DNA of 64,000 bases from the human T2T-CHM13v2.0 reference genome, Homo sapiens, in NCBI RefSeq assembly GCF_009914755.1, contig NC_060937.1; one strand, 5' to 3'. A program made the position numbers and the translations under genes. The notes under the pieces are model-generated. The model ran no database searches, had not been told where the DNA came from, and saw nothing but the letters and a program-made list of their open reading frames with translations. Shown one piece after another: positions 51,897-64,000 of this stretch (position 1 is the first letter of the stretch; the number at the start of each line of letters is the position of its first letter).

Positions 51897-52110
51897 TTCA
51901 TTTAACAAATATTTCTTGAGACTTTTTATGTTGCAGGCATTGTTCTGGGCCTTGTAGATGTGGCAGTAGTCAAGAAAAACAAAGACCTTTCCTACCTGAA
52001 GCTTGTGTTCCGGTAGAGAAAATGGATAAACAGATAAAAATAATAGACATTGCATATACTTTCAAGTAATGATATGTGCTACGAAGAAGAAAAAAGGCAG
52101 TGTAGGAGGT
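51897..52110 (-). mobile_element. L2 3' fragment, tail-to-tail with the previous one
   Basis: TTCATTTAACAAATATTTCTTGAG..CAGGCATTGTTCTGGG. Confidence 0.75.
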
Positions 52111-52289
52111 TGTGGGTCGATGGGATTTCTCTTAGATTCACAAATCAAGAGGTGATCAAATGAAACTTAACCAAAAAAGACAATGACTTCTCTCTAACCA
52201 AACTTGATTACTGATAGTCTTTTTCCAAGTCAGCTTAATGTGCTGTTCAAGAGAATCAGTGTGGAAGGAAGGAAATGTGCAAGAGAGTC

Positions 52290-52480
52290 CTGTATCAGAC
52301 ACAGTGGGCAGGGAGCTTTACATCTCTCATCTTATTGGGCTTTGACAACACCCTTCAAGATAGGTGCTGTTGCAGATGAATGACAACCTGAACTTCAGGG
52401 AGGCCAAATAATGTGTCCATGTGGAGTGTCTGAGTGTGTAAGCCAAGGTTCAAACCCCGGCCATCCTGGGCCACTTGTCA
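52290..52480 (-). mobile_element. MIR
   Basis: GACAACACCCTTCAAGATAGG..GCAGATGA..GCCAAGGTTCAAACCC. Confidence 0.6.
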
Positions 52481-52598
52481 ACACCAGTTCTACAGTTGAA
52501 TTCTATGAATACTTATCAGGTGCTGACTTCATGTCAAGCCCTGTTCTTCATGCTTAGCATACACCAGCAAATAGAATAGACAGAAATCCCTGCCATTT

Positions 52599-53287
52599 CA
52601 GAAAGTAACAAGTGTTGACAAGGATGTGGAGAAATTGAAACGCTTGTGCACTGTTGGTGGGAATGTAAAATGGCACAGGTACTATGGGAAACAGTATGGT
52701 AGATCCTCAGAAAATTAAAAATATAATTACCATATGATCCAATGATTCCATTTCTGGAAATATACCCAAAGGAATGGAAAGCAGGATCTTGAAGAGATAT
52801 TTGTAGACTCATGTTCATAGCAGCATTAACCAAAAGGTAGAAGCAATGCAAGTACCCGTCAACAGGTGAATAGATAAATAAGATGTAGCCTATATGCATT
52901 TACCACACATGGAATATTATTAAGTCTTCAGAAGGAAGGAAATTATGACATATGCTATAACATGGCTGAACCTTGATGACATTATGTTAAGTGAAATAAC
53001 CCAGTTACAAAAAGACAAATATATGGTTCTGCTTATATGAGGTACCTAGACCAGTCAAATTCATAGAGAAAGTAGAAGAGTGGTTGCCAGGGGCTGGCAA
53101 AAAGGGGAAGTGGGGAGTTAGTGTTTACCGGGTACAGAGCTTCAGTTTGAGAAGATGAAGAGTTCTGGAGACGTATAGTGGTGATGGTTGCACAACAGTG
53201 TGAATGTACTCAATGCCACTGAATTGTACACTTAAAAATGGTTAAAATAGTAAATTTCATATTATGTGTATTTCACCACAATTTAAA
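52599..53287 (+). mobile_element. L1MB-type 3' end inserted into a minus-strand L2 (about 52495-53470)
   Basis: ORF2 end plus 3'UTR (GCCACTGAATTGTACACTTAAAAATGG); degraded TSD AAATC(C/T)CTGCC. Confidence 0.9.
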
Positions 53288-55337
53288 AAATCTCTGCCCT
53301 TGTGGAGCTCATGTTTTAGTTCAGGGACATGAACAGTGAACAGATTAAATATGTAAATCATAAGCTATTAGAAGGAGATGAGTGATATAGAAACAGAACA
53401 GATTGAAGAAGATTGGGAGGGCTGCGAGCAAGGAGAGTGTGTTTTCAGTTTTAAACGGGGTGGTTAGTTTCATGGTCTTCTTCAGCTAGAGTTAAAATAA
53501 GTCGTCAATAAAGCTTGTCAGCCATGAAACTGGGGTATCTTCCTTGGCATCCATGCTTTGCCCAGAACACTCTGACTTGTTGGAATCTTGAGTGGAAATT
53601 TAAAGTCTCTCAGAAATAACTTTCAAGTTTCAGTGTAGGAAGTCCAGAGCACACAGAGGGGAGGAGGGACTGTCACTGGGCAGCATCCAGAGGGACTTCA
53701 TTTTCAGTGTGTGAGGGAGACAGCCAGGTGGGGCGTGCACATTCAGGGAATAATAAACAGTAAGAGGGAGAGGGCAGAAGACAGGTGGAGTGTGTTGGAG
53801 GTGGGTACACTAAGGCAAGGCAGGAGGCTCTAAAATTTGTAGGCTGGATGATGGGAAGTAAGTGCAGTGTTTAAATTTTTATTGTAAATTAGTTATTTAC
53901 TCCATCCATTGATTCCTCTAGCCAGTGTTGGAGGGACCAGCTTGGCACGTGCTTCTGGGCTCCTTCCTGGGGATTGGGTGCAAGAATGGCTGCCCTCAGA
54001 GAATGAATCACAATCTGGTAGGAAAGTAAAAACATATGCACATTGGGAATATTTAAATAGCAAGGCTGTGTAGTTTACACCAAGATGAGTGATCCAGACA
54101 ATAGATGCTGTAGACAAGGAAGACAGTCAAAATATCTGTCAAAATTTCTAACAGCCAGTACTGCACAGGCATCAGACTGGATTACGATGGATGCCAATCC
54201 CATCAGAACACACTGTGGGAGTGGACAATCTGTACCCCATGAATATTAGCCCTGGTATGGCAGCATTGAAGAGCAAAGGTCTCTAGGGACTGGGGCCACT
54301 GCGCAACAGTTCAGGGAGGAGATAGAACTCAGACTGAGCCTGGAGAGGTGGGGAGGGAGAGAGAAGCGGGAATAATTAAATTAGTTTCATGATGTAAGTA
54401 GGATTCTTAGAAGATTATTCTGACAGATATGTGTGGCATGGAGTAGAGTGGGAGGAATGAAGGAAGAAAATTGGTGAGGAGGCTGTTCTAGGAATTGAGG
54501 TGTGAGATGAGAAGAATGGAGGACTCCCTATTGGAGAGAAAGGCTTGACCCGTGAGCCAGGGAGAGCTGAGCGGCGAAGAGTAACTTGGAATTATTCCGC
54601 CAAGAGCCAAAGTATTTATTTCTTACCACGAATTGTTAAAATGTGACTATGAAGAGTAGTAAAAGCATAATAAGGTGTGAACTTAAACCCTTGACACTCT
54701 TTCCTCTCCCTTCCCTGAAATTCCTCTCTTAAGATCCAACAAGGGACTTGAAAAATAATATTGTGAAAATGGCTTGCAAGACACAGCTGGATTCCTCACA
54801 GGACTAGCTTTGTTAGCAGAAATTGCTCTAGGATCTGCAGTATGCAGAGCACAGGGGTGGGCAGATCAACCTCAGCCTCTGGATTGGGTTTGGGAGAAAG
54901 TCTCTTTAAAGCCCCCAGCACTATTCCTGGGAAGCCCCACTTTAGGAGTTATGTCCTGGGAAGGTTCCTGACCTGCTGTCCTAGCAAAGCCCAAGCTTCC
55001 CTTCTTGTCAAAGTTGGACTTGGGCACCCTGCTGTTCAGCTCTCCACCTAGGCAAGCTTTGTGTAGCGTTCAGGAGGCTCTAAGAGTTGTAGGGCTTCCC
55101 TTCTGCAGTTTTAATTTGAGTGTTAATAAAAAAACTCTTTAGGCAAGTGATAATATTGGTACAGACCTCTTTGAAAAGAAGAGAGGAAGATACACGACCG
55201 AATGCATTTCAACTTCCACAAGAGCTATTTGAAGAGGATAAAGATGAAGGGTAAAGGGATAAAGTGGGTGGTGGAGTGGAAGGCCAGTTGGAGTAGTTTA
55301 TTCTATAAAGAGTGAGATAATTGGGTGGCCATTTGCA

Positions 55338-55371
55338 AACACACACACACAGACACACAAACACACACACA
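55338..55371. repeat. Interrupted (CA)n microsatellite
   Basis: Seen directly. Confidence 0.85.
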
Positions 55372-55399
55372 ATTACACCCTTCACTGTGCACCAAATGC

Positions 55400-55715
55400 A
55401 TCAAGGATTTATATATTTTAATATTAACTTTCATAATACAATCTTTTATACTATGAAAATAAGTAAATATACCACTTTCTTTTCTTTCTAAACATTCACT
55501 CACTGAAGGATATCTAGGTTGTTTTCATTTTTTGGCTATCACCAGTGAAGCTGCTGTGAACTTTCATGTACAGATTTTTGTGGGAGCATACGTTTATCTC
55601 TCTGGGATAAGTGACCAGGTATAGTACAATCACTTCTGGGTCATATGGTAATTGCGTGCTTAGTTTTGTAATAAATTGCCAAACTGTTTTTCAGAGTGGC
55701 TATATCATTTTACAT
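55400..55715 (-). mobile_element. Old L1M fragment
   Basis: GGGTCATATGGTAA..AATTGCCAAACTGTTTTTCAGAGTGGCT. Confidence 0.75.
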
Positions 55716-55924
55716 ATTACTTATATATGTATATATAAATTTTTTAAATAATAAAAATTTTATTATATAGTTTTAAAAAACATGACATCAGATAATTTTG
55801 TTTTGCTATCATTATAAAGTGAAAAATGAATGTTTAATATGTTAAGAATGGAAATCATGCTCACAGTATATTCTTTTAAAGATAGTTTAAAAATAAATTT
55901 ATGAAGAAAGAGAGAGATTGATTT

Positions 55925-56015
55925 AGTTAGTATTTAGTTAATATGAACTTCTATAACAAAATACCATAGACTAGGTAGCTTAATAGCAGAAACAAAATTC
56001 TCACAGTTCTGGAGG
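55925..56015 (-). mobile_element. MLT1 LTR 3'-end fragment
   Basis: CTATAACAAAATACCATAGACTAGGTAGCTTAA..TCTCACAGTTCTGGAGG. Confidence 0.7.
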
Positions 56016-56212
56016 ATATGTGATTAAGTAAAACATGCAAGACAAGAATACTATAAATAGCACAATATGATTTTAAATAAATGTTCAATTCATTAAAAAA
56101 ATAAAGGTACACACACATGCAAATTCTTGCTTAAGGACAAGGTTATGAACCTTGGCAAGTCACCTCCATGGAAATATTAATGTATATCATGCACAAGGAG
56201 TGGAGGAGCATC

Positions 56213-56414
56213 ACTGGGGGTGATTTTTCTTCCCCAGGGGACATTGGCAATGTCTGGATGCATTTTTTGTTGTCATGACTGGTGAGGAGGATGTTACCAG
56301 CATCTAGTGGGTGTCAGCCAGGAATGCTGCTAAACATTGACAATGCATAGGACAGCCCCTACAACAAAGAATTATCTACCCTCAAAGTCAATAGTGCTGA
56401 AGTTGAGAAATCAT
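56213..56414 (+). mobile_element. MER20 (hAT-Charlie), 5' TIR lost
   Basis: CCCCAGGGGACATTGGCAATGTCTGG..GCATCTAGTGGGT..GACAGCCCC..AAGAATTATCT..GTTGAGAAA. Confidence 0.88.
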
Positions 56415-57529
56415 GGTTTAGGGAGTCTTGATTAAAACTTTTCAACTGGGGTACCCTGAGATGGTGAAATATACTAGTATGCTTTGCTTCACAGTGTCAA
56501 CTTTACTCGCATCTGCAGCAGGTGAGTTATAATCTTCACAGGAGCCAGCTCCTGGGGAAAGACTGATCATAGAAGAAATTCTCATTGGCTTTGACCAAAT
56601 CCTTCTCCTTGCCAATTAGGAAATATTGACTTTCTAATCTTTTAGCAAAAGCTCCCTCTGTATTTGAATATATGTTTGGTTATAACAAATAACTTGTTTC
56701 CACAAATGGAAAAAAGTATCGTAAATGGCAACAGATATAGTTTAGTGCTGACTTTAGATGGTGGCTGGACCTCCTATAGGACAGGCAAAGCTAAGTACTT
56801 TCTACTCAAAGCCATCAAACAAAATGCTTACAAATTAGAATGTAATGGCCATTGCTTTACTTGTTTTGATAAACCAGAAAAACAGGCTTCAGCTTATTGA
56901 ATCTATTATTGAACCCTAATTAGCTGTGGTGTTTGGACATTCTGAGGCCCATGGTAAGATAAATAATATTTATGGTTTCTTCCATGTATCAAATAATTGT
57001 TTACGAAATGTAGTATAGTATGGAATGCTCTCTTCTCTCAGAGTTTAGACCACAGAGTGACCAGGCGCTCATTGTGGGGTTAGGGTTGAAACGCTGGAGC
57101 CCAGCATGGGTAATCTTCGCGTAGACACTCTCACCGCAGATATCAGAGAGCTTAGCAACATCTCAGGCTCATGCAGACTCCTCGCTGGTTTCCTCACCAA
57201 TGCCCTTCGTGTCGCCATGTGAGCTTTGGGTGGAATTGAGGAAGGGCAGCATTAAATACACTGAGTAATCTGAAAATGAAGGGTGGGGGAATTAAAAACG
57301 AGTTCACTTGGGTTCAAGGAAAATTTTTGAGGATGTCAGCATTTTCCATGTTGGGGGAAAAAAGAGATTTTAAAAAACTTTTCTCTCAGAGAACTTGCTA
57401 AAATCTCATCAGTGCATAAGTGAAAGGAGATGGTGTGGAGAAAAAAATTTTAAGCCATCACCAAAAAGGCGAAGTCCCAAAGATACAAACCAAAATTCCA
57501 AGGTAAATACATCAATGAAGACAAACAGA

Positions 57530-57990
57530 ACTGGTCTCAGTTTCCTTATCTGTAAAATAGGCAGAAACAATCCCTTATCCTAAACTCTTGAAACCAGATG
57601 AGTTTCAGAATTCAGAACTTTTAGTATTACAGAAAGATAATAAAGTACATATTGTCATTTATTATATAGAACACTCAGAGGCATTGGAGGGCAATATCCC
57701 TTAATGAAACACATTAATTTTTCTGTAGTGAAATGTGCACCAAATGAGTTAAGTAAAGACTATAAGTAGCCTCATGTTAGTTTGTTAGGTTTTGCTGCCA
57801 AGTAATTTTGCTTTAGACTTATGAAAAAATGTTCAGTTTTCAGAGATTTTAGATTTCTGAATTGCAAATGAGGGATGGTGTACCAGTGTCTGTCTCAAAG
57901 AGGTGTCCTGAGAATAAAATGCCATAATGGATAAATTGTGCACACTGCTGGTGTATACTAAGCATGTAATAACAGTGGCTATTGTTACTA
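57530..57990 (+). mobile_element. MIR split by MER46C
   Basis: CTCAGTTTCCTTATCTGTAAAAT before and GAGAATAAAATG..GCTATTGTTACTA after. Confidence 0.7.
57562..57886 (+). mobile_element. MER46C (TcMar-Tigger) MITE
   Basis: ACAATCCCTTATCC..GTTTCAGAATTCAGAA..AAAGACTATAAGTAGCCTCATG..GAATTGCAAATGAGGGAT. Confidence 0.82.
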
Positions 57991-58152
57991 GGTTTTTGTT
58001 TTTATAGGTAAAAGTATTCAGATATTATAATTATAATATTATTATCAGCATTGGAATTATTTTGGGTTGATGTATGTTTCTTTTCCATTTCTTCTTTCCT
58101 TTTCTCTCCTTTTTTCCTTAACCCCCCACCCCTACTCCTGTCTGCCTGGCTG

Positions 58153-58288
58153 TCTCCCTCCTTTCCCCCTTCCTTCTTTCCTTCCTTCCTTCCTTTCTTT
58201 TCTTTTCTTTCTTTCTTTTCTTTTCTCTCTCTCTCTCTTTTTCCTCTCCCCTCCCCTCCCCTCCCCTCCCCTTCCCTTCCCTTCCTCC
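58153..58288. repeat. Pure polypyrimidine compound microsatellite
   Basis: 136 nt of only C and T: (CTTC)n (CTTT)n (CT)n (CCCCT)n. Confidence 0.9.
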
Positions 58289-58664
58289 ATCCCTCTTTTC
58301 TCCCTCTCCTACACAGGGCTTTGACCTTAATATCTTTGCATATAACAAATGATGTGAGTGGTCATCTCTCATCTGGTTTGGTTACTGGACAGACTCTTTA
58401 AGCTTCATCTGATTGTGTATGAATAGCAGTCCTCTTATTAAAGAGATAAAAACCAAAACTAAAACAAAAATAGTAAAACAAGCAGCACGCATCTCACTTG
58501 TCTTAGATTTCTGTGCCCTTTTTTCTCAGCAAGACCCAAGTATTCTAACCACAATGATTCTGATGACCAGGAATTCTAGAGCTGGCAGCCTGGCTGAGTC
58601 AGAGGGATTTGAGTTGGATCAGCACAGAATCCAGACCAAAGTCACGGTGAACTGGCATGAAAAA

Positions 58665-58697
58665 CAACAACAACAGCAGCAGCAGCAGCAGCAACAA
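58665..58697 (+). repeat. (CAA)3(CAG)6(CAA)2 trinucleotide repeat
   Basis: Seen directly. Confidence 0.95.
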
Positions 58698-59499
58698 TAT
58701 AGACACATGCAAAACACAAAGCAGCCAGCTACCAGCCACCTCCGAATTGTATCCAAATGAACTGCTACTCATACCTCCACTTCCTGGGCCCCATTTCTCT
58801 GATTCCTTTCCGACTGCAGACCTATTAGCCACAGTCTCACATTGTTCTAGATCTCTACTTTCTCCCTTTCCTTGCTTTTGGCTCTGCCTTTTCTTTCTTT
58901 CTTTTCTTTTCTTTTTTTTTTTAAATAAGGCTTCAACTCTTCAACTTCTCCCCTTTTAAATTATGTTATGAACCATCCACAGGGGAGAAAAGCCAACAAA
59001 CTCATGAACTACATTCTGTTTACAAGTTCGTTTCTAAGTCTGATTATTTATTTCTTTAATTTAGAAGTTCTGTATCCCCAAGAGGACCTTAGTAACTGAA
59101 AGCTGCTCTTATTTTACTAATATATTTAATAACTCTTCATTTTTATAGTAAGAATGAATCTAGGCTTGCCATATATTTTCATGGTAAAATATTTTAATTC
59201 CTCTGAAGAAGACGGAGGATCTTAACCAAATGACTTATGCAGAGAATACAGGCATAGAAAAATGGAACAAATATCATTGTTAATTGTTTTTTCTGTGATG
59301 ACAGTTTACTCTGTAGCAGCAATTCTTAAACTTGGTACCTGGTATTAGTACAGCAGGTGTTTTGGAAAAAGTAAAAGGATTCTGTGCCCACATAACTTTG
59401 TGAAACTTTACTTTGAACAAAATTAAGCAGATTTCATTAATGTAGAAACAGTGTTCCGGACATACAGTGTTTGAAATATTGGTACTGGCCTACTGGCAG

Positions 59500-60128
59500 G
59501 TCAGTTGTGAGGTCTTGACACCCTCAGTTTTCTACCAAGGAAAACTACTCAGTTAACAAGCTACTGCTCATAGGCAGCCATAGTTGGACTTTTCCCCTCA
59601 TCATGGCTGGTGATGGGAGTGGGCACTGGATTCCAGGCTGGCCAGATCATGGACTGGCCACAACTGCCAATCAAGGACAGGACCAGTCAATTAGCAGACA
59701 ACACATAGAGGCCACTGGGAGGCAGCAGGGTCCCTGAGGATTTCCGAGGAAATCAGTCAGGTATAGGTGGAAGCCTTGAGAGATGAAAGAGAAAAGCAGA
59801 GTGGGAGGCAGGGTGGCTGATAGGCTGTGTCAGGAGCTGTGGATGGGAGACAGGAAATCCAAGTTACAGAGGAGAGGTGGATGGACTGCCTGCACCAGAG
59901 GGGCAAAGAGGTAACCTTATTCCTAGATCAACTCTAGGACCTTCCAGTTGTCTTTTGCTAGGTTGGGCTGTGCACCTTCCTGATTGCCCCAAGACATTCC
60001 TGTTTTTATTTCCAGTGACTTCCACTTCTAAACTTACTCATTACCCAATGCATTCTTGTAATACATTCTATCATAATTTGAAGTAGCTTGAGGACTTTGT
60101 ACCTTGTAGCTAAAAAAGTCTAATGAAT
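59500..60128 (+). mobile_element. Ancient LTR-like element (family uncertain)
   Basis: Purine-rich middle and MaLR-like 3' end TTTGAAGTAGCTTGAG..CCTTGTAGCTAAAAAAGTCTAATG. Confidence 0.4.
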
Positions 60129-60134
60129 GCTTCT

Positions 60135-60680
60135 GGTTTATTCTTAAGGATTTTTTTATAATAACTTTTTTTCTCTGCAAAAATAGTACATGACAAATTG
60201 AAAACCCAATGAAGTACAAAGCAGACAATAAAAATACCTATAGTTACCCTCACTCAGTCACTGTTAAATTTTGGTATATATCTGTGAAGGGCTCTTTCTC
60301 TGTTTTCGAATTGCAAGAATGGGTGCACACCACATACACTGTTTTCTATTTTTTTAACCTAATTATTGTAAATATCTTTTTCTTTTTATCACAACATATT
60401 TAATTATTATGTCATATTTTGTTGTATGTCCAAAGTTCAATGAATTCTCAATGGTTGAACATTTTGGCTGTTTATTTATTTTTTGCTACTGTAATCAGTT
60501 CTGTGGTAAATCACCTTGAAGGTAAATATTTGCACACATTTGTAATTATCTCTCAGGATAAAGTCCTAGAAGGGGAATTGTCAGGTCACAGCATATGCAC
60601 GGTTTTAAGGATTAGAATACTTATGGAAATTACTCTTCAAAAGGTCTAGGCTAATTTACATATCAATCCAGCAGCCTCTC
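60135..60680 (-). mobile_element. L1ME-type fragment
   Basis: GGATAAAGTCCTAGAAGGGGAATTG..TACTCTTCAAAAGG. Confidence 0.6.
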
Positions 60681-62249
60681 GTAGACAAGCTTTGTTTTCT
60701 ATAGCTTCTTTTTGGGCTTTTCCCCTGTCCTGTAGAACCTTCTGGATTTTAGTGTTGATTGTCCCACCCTTTTGATTTCAGAGCATTAGCCTTCTCTCTA
60801 AGCTTTTTAATGCTTTGCAATGAGATTACTAGTTCTATAATTTTCAGTGCTGGCTCTGGCTGCTTTGTCTCAGAATACCACTGCAATTTTCTCTGTTTTT
60901 TCTTTTCTTTTTTTTTTTTTTTTGCCAATGGATCTATTGAACTGCCTAGTGAGCAGTGCAGGGGGAGAAAGGTGAACCCAGTTTCATTTGCATCCCATGT
61001 GGCTTTGGCAGCAGTAGCATCGAATTAAACTCAAGCCCCGGAAGATGTGCTTCCTTTGGAAAATGAAAGACCTACAAAGTTCAAGGAGCCCATTCGTGGC
61101 AAGTAAATTAAGAGCGTAAACCCAAAGAATGTCTGCAGTTTACAGCTTGGTATTACACGGTTGCTTCTGATTGGTATAATCTGTCATTGCTGTGATGTGT
61201 TTAGAGACAACTCAGATTACACTCCTGATACACTAGCTAGGGCCAACCACCTGTGGCCCTAGTCAACGATCAAAGATAGTTACCACAAATGCTATTTGAG
61301 GAAATAATGGCTTAGAGTGGAATAAAAACTGCAGTGCTGCTTTTATTGTGTAACTTTTCATCTTATGTGCTTAGCGGAACAGGGCATGAGAATCCTATTT
61401 ATTGGCAGTAAGACTCTTTCTTTTACCCTTGGTGTCACAAGGGCATTTGGGGAATTTTGCTGTTAGTTAAAAGTTCCAAGGCACCAAGCGCAGGCAGGCT
61501 GAAGAGATGAAACTTGAGCCAGTCATTTTTACTGCCTGTTTGCTTCTCTGGTAGGAACTTCTGGGAGAAGCATGAGGCTACCAGTTAAAATGTGTAGGTT
61601 GGACTTTTGTGGATTACCTATTTAAGTATTCATGTTTTCTCTAATAGAATAAGTACATGCCATTGAGAATAAACTGTATTTATTCATACATTTATGTATT
61701 CATTCATTTTTCCCTTATTCAAAGCCATCAACTGAATATCTATTAGGCACCATGCACTGCATATATTTAAAACATATTTGCATGCATTTTATTCAAGAGT
61801 TTAAGTCCCAGCCAAAGCAAGAATTTTAGACTTTTATTTATTAATGTGCCTGGTTTTGTTACAACCTAATAATCTGCCTCCTGGGAGCCTTTAAGTCTTA
61901 TGGTCTTATGGGGGTGGTGTAGGATGATTGGGGGATTGTCCTTTAATTAAATAAAAAGGCATGAATTGTTTGACACAGCGGTCATGTGAAAAAGGCAAGT
62001 TGTTCTCTAGTGCACAACAAAAAGATCGGAGCCCCTATTTCCAAGAAGTGTATTTTGTGGGGATGCAGGATTGGGGACCTACGCTGTGCCTCTGCGGTCA
62101 CTTGGTTTCCATGGTCGCTCTTACCTCTGGAGGCCGTTCTTGTTTTGGCATTGCCTTCTCCTATGCAGGGTGTTGCCTCTTGTCCTTTATTACCCCAGAG
62201 TACTGCTGGTATGAGATTATTGTGTGAAGCTGACTTTTCAGAGGGCTGA

Positions 62250-62868
62250 GGCTACCCTTACTCTGATACCAGCTACAAGTTCAGAGGGTTTGCCAAACAA
62301 CCCTCCAGTTTGATAATTTACCAGAAAGAGCCACAGAATTCACTGAAAGCCATACTTATGATTCATTACAGGAACAGGATACTAGTTAACATTAGCCAAG
62401 GAAGAGATGCCTTGGACAAAGCCCAGGAGGGGTCGAAATGTGGAGCTCCCATTCATCCTCTCTCGCTGGCATCATAGAGAGTATTACCTCCTCCCGACCA
62501 CTGTTTGTGGCAGTATGCAGGGCATTGCTGGGCAGGGAAGCTCATTGAGCTTTTGGTGTCCAGAATTTTTATTGAGTCCTAATCACATACTATCTGCATG
62601 GCTGATCTTCAGTCTCCAGACCTTCCCAGAAGTTTTGGCTAGCATCTTTCATCCTCAGTTCCTCTGCAAGTGTGAACTGATACAACATGGCCTAAAGCCT
62701 CCATCACAAATCACGTAATTAGACTCTCTGATTGCCAAAGTCCCCAGGCAAACAAAGATACTCCCCTTAGACTGGACACTCCAGGGGCCTAGCATCACCT
62801 TCTTGTACCTGAGGGCAAAAGCCAGAGCTTTTGTGTGTGTGTGTAAAGTTAATTCTTCACGAAACAAT
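62250..62868 (-). mobile_element. MER21-family ERVL LTR
   Basis: CAGGGAAGCTCATTGAGCTTTTGGTGTCCAGAATTTTTATTG; end GGGCAAAAGCCAGA..GTAAAGTTAATTCTTCACGAAACA. Confidence 0.7.
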
Positions 62869-62939
62869 TATATTAACAAAAATTTTCTAGAAATTTATAG
62901 ATCATTCTTAATCTCACTGACTAGGTCTTCTCTCCACCT

Positions 62940-63411
62940 TGTGAACCCTGAAAACCTGAGACAGGTCTCAGTTAATTTAGAAAGTTTATTTTGCTAAGGT
63001 TGAGGACACGTACCTGTGACACAGCCTCAGGAGGTCCTGATGACATGTACCAAAGGTGGTAGGAGCACAGCTTGGTTTTATACATTTTAGGAAGTCACGA
63101 GACATCAATCACTATGTTTAAGATGTACATTGGTTCAGTTCAGAAAGGTGGGACAATTCGAGGCAGAGGCGGGGCAACTTGAAGTTGGGAGGGGGTTTCC
63201 AGGTCATAGGTAGATAAGAGACAAATCGTTGCTTTCTTTTGAGTTTCTAGTTAGCCTCTCCAAATGAGCCAGTCAGATATGCATTCATCTCAGTGAGCAG
63301 AGGAGTGACCTTGAATAGAATGGGAGGCAGGTTTTCCCTAAGCAGTTCCCAGCTTGACTTTTCCCTTCAGCTTAGTGATTTCGGGGTCCCAAGATTTATT
63401 TTCCTTTCACA
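62940..63411 (-). mobile_element. MER4A1 ERV1 solo LTR
   Basis: Minus strand begins TGTGAAAGGAAAATAAATCTTGGGACCCC; TG..CA ends; perfect 4-bp TSD ACCT (62936-62939, 63412-63415). Confidence 0.9.
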
Positions 63412-63739
63412 ACCTCTTCATTTTCCATTATATTTTTTGAAGTTCCTTTTTTATCTAGACCCTCTGAATATCATCCTTTTACCTCATTCATGGATGCATA
63501 TTCTTTCTTTTTTAGGCTGCCTTAGAAATGCAAAATTCCCCTCACTTTGCTATGCAGAGCAATCCATCTCTCTTGGATTTGCCTTAGTATAACCAGGAGC
63601 CCAGGAGGCCTCCCATTCCTTGTCTGCAAAAGCCTATCCATACCCATGAGGTATTTTCCTCAACAAAACAAAACAAAACAGGAATCTATTCCTGACTCCA
63701 CCTCTCCTTTAGAAGGCCAATCCTGAACAAAAGTAATCA

Positions 63740-63990
63740 TCAACCATAAATTTCTATACCCAATGAAACTATCTTCACAAATGAAGGTAAAATAAAGACA
63801 ATTTCAAGCACACAAAAAAATGAGAGTTTTATTATCCAAAGTCTCTCACTAAAGGAAGTTCCAAAGGACATATTTTAGGAAGAAGGGAAATGGTTCCAGA
63901 AGAAACATCTGAGTTACAGGAGGAAAGTTGAATAGACAAACAAATAACAAACAGAAAGGTAAACATGGGTAATTAAAAAAAAATGCAACT
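63740..63990 (+). mobile_element. Old L1M ORF1 C-terminal fragment
   Basis: CTATACCCAATGAAACTATCTTCACAAATGAAGGTAAAATAAAGACA resembles ORF1p LYPAKLSF.NEGEIKT. Confidence 0.75.
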
Positions 63991-64000
63991 GCAATTGGTT

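Noticed and set aside
58051-58401. Low-complexity F/L/S/P and R/E/K/G ORFs
   Set aside because: Artefacts of the polypyrimidine microsatellite
59888-59906. CTCF-like GCACCAGAGGGGCA (and similar at 23400 and 49338)
   Set aside because: Mismatches or register shift at key core positions; unsupported without ChIP data

Overview
This is 64 kb of primate (almost certainly human or ape) non-coding genomic DNA. It is AT-rich and CpG-depleted, and roughly half is transposable-element debris: AluJ/AluS, L1PA and ancient L1M, L2, MIR, L3/CR1, MaLR/ERVL/ERV1 solo LTRs, and hAT and Tc1/mariner MITEs. I cannot support any protein-coding exon, RNA gene, CpG island or CRISPR array. The supplied ORFs are either repeat-derived (Alu, L1 ORF2, CR1 RT) or chance ORFs. 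L1 sequence is strongly biased to the minus strand, which hints that the window is intronic to a plus-strand transcript. The most unusual signals are: (1) two short (24-44 bp) copies of sequence lying about 2 kb away, which look like templated repair insertions; (2) a twin-primed inverted L1 with an internal fold-back palindrome; (3) a short 3'-transduction tag on a young L1; (4) a candidate 27-nt microexon; (5) possible unannotated hAT-transposase and integrase relics; (6) several candidate enhancers. I found no evidence of a new multi-gene system. Repeat subfamily names are recalled from consensus sequences, not from a search, and boundaries of old repeats are approximate (+/-20-50 bp).
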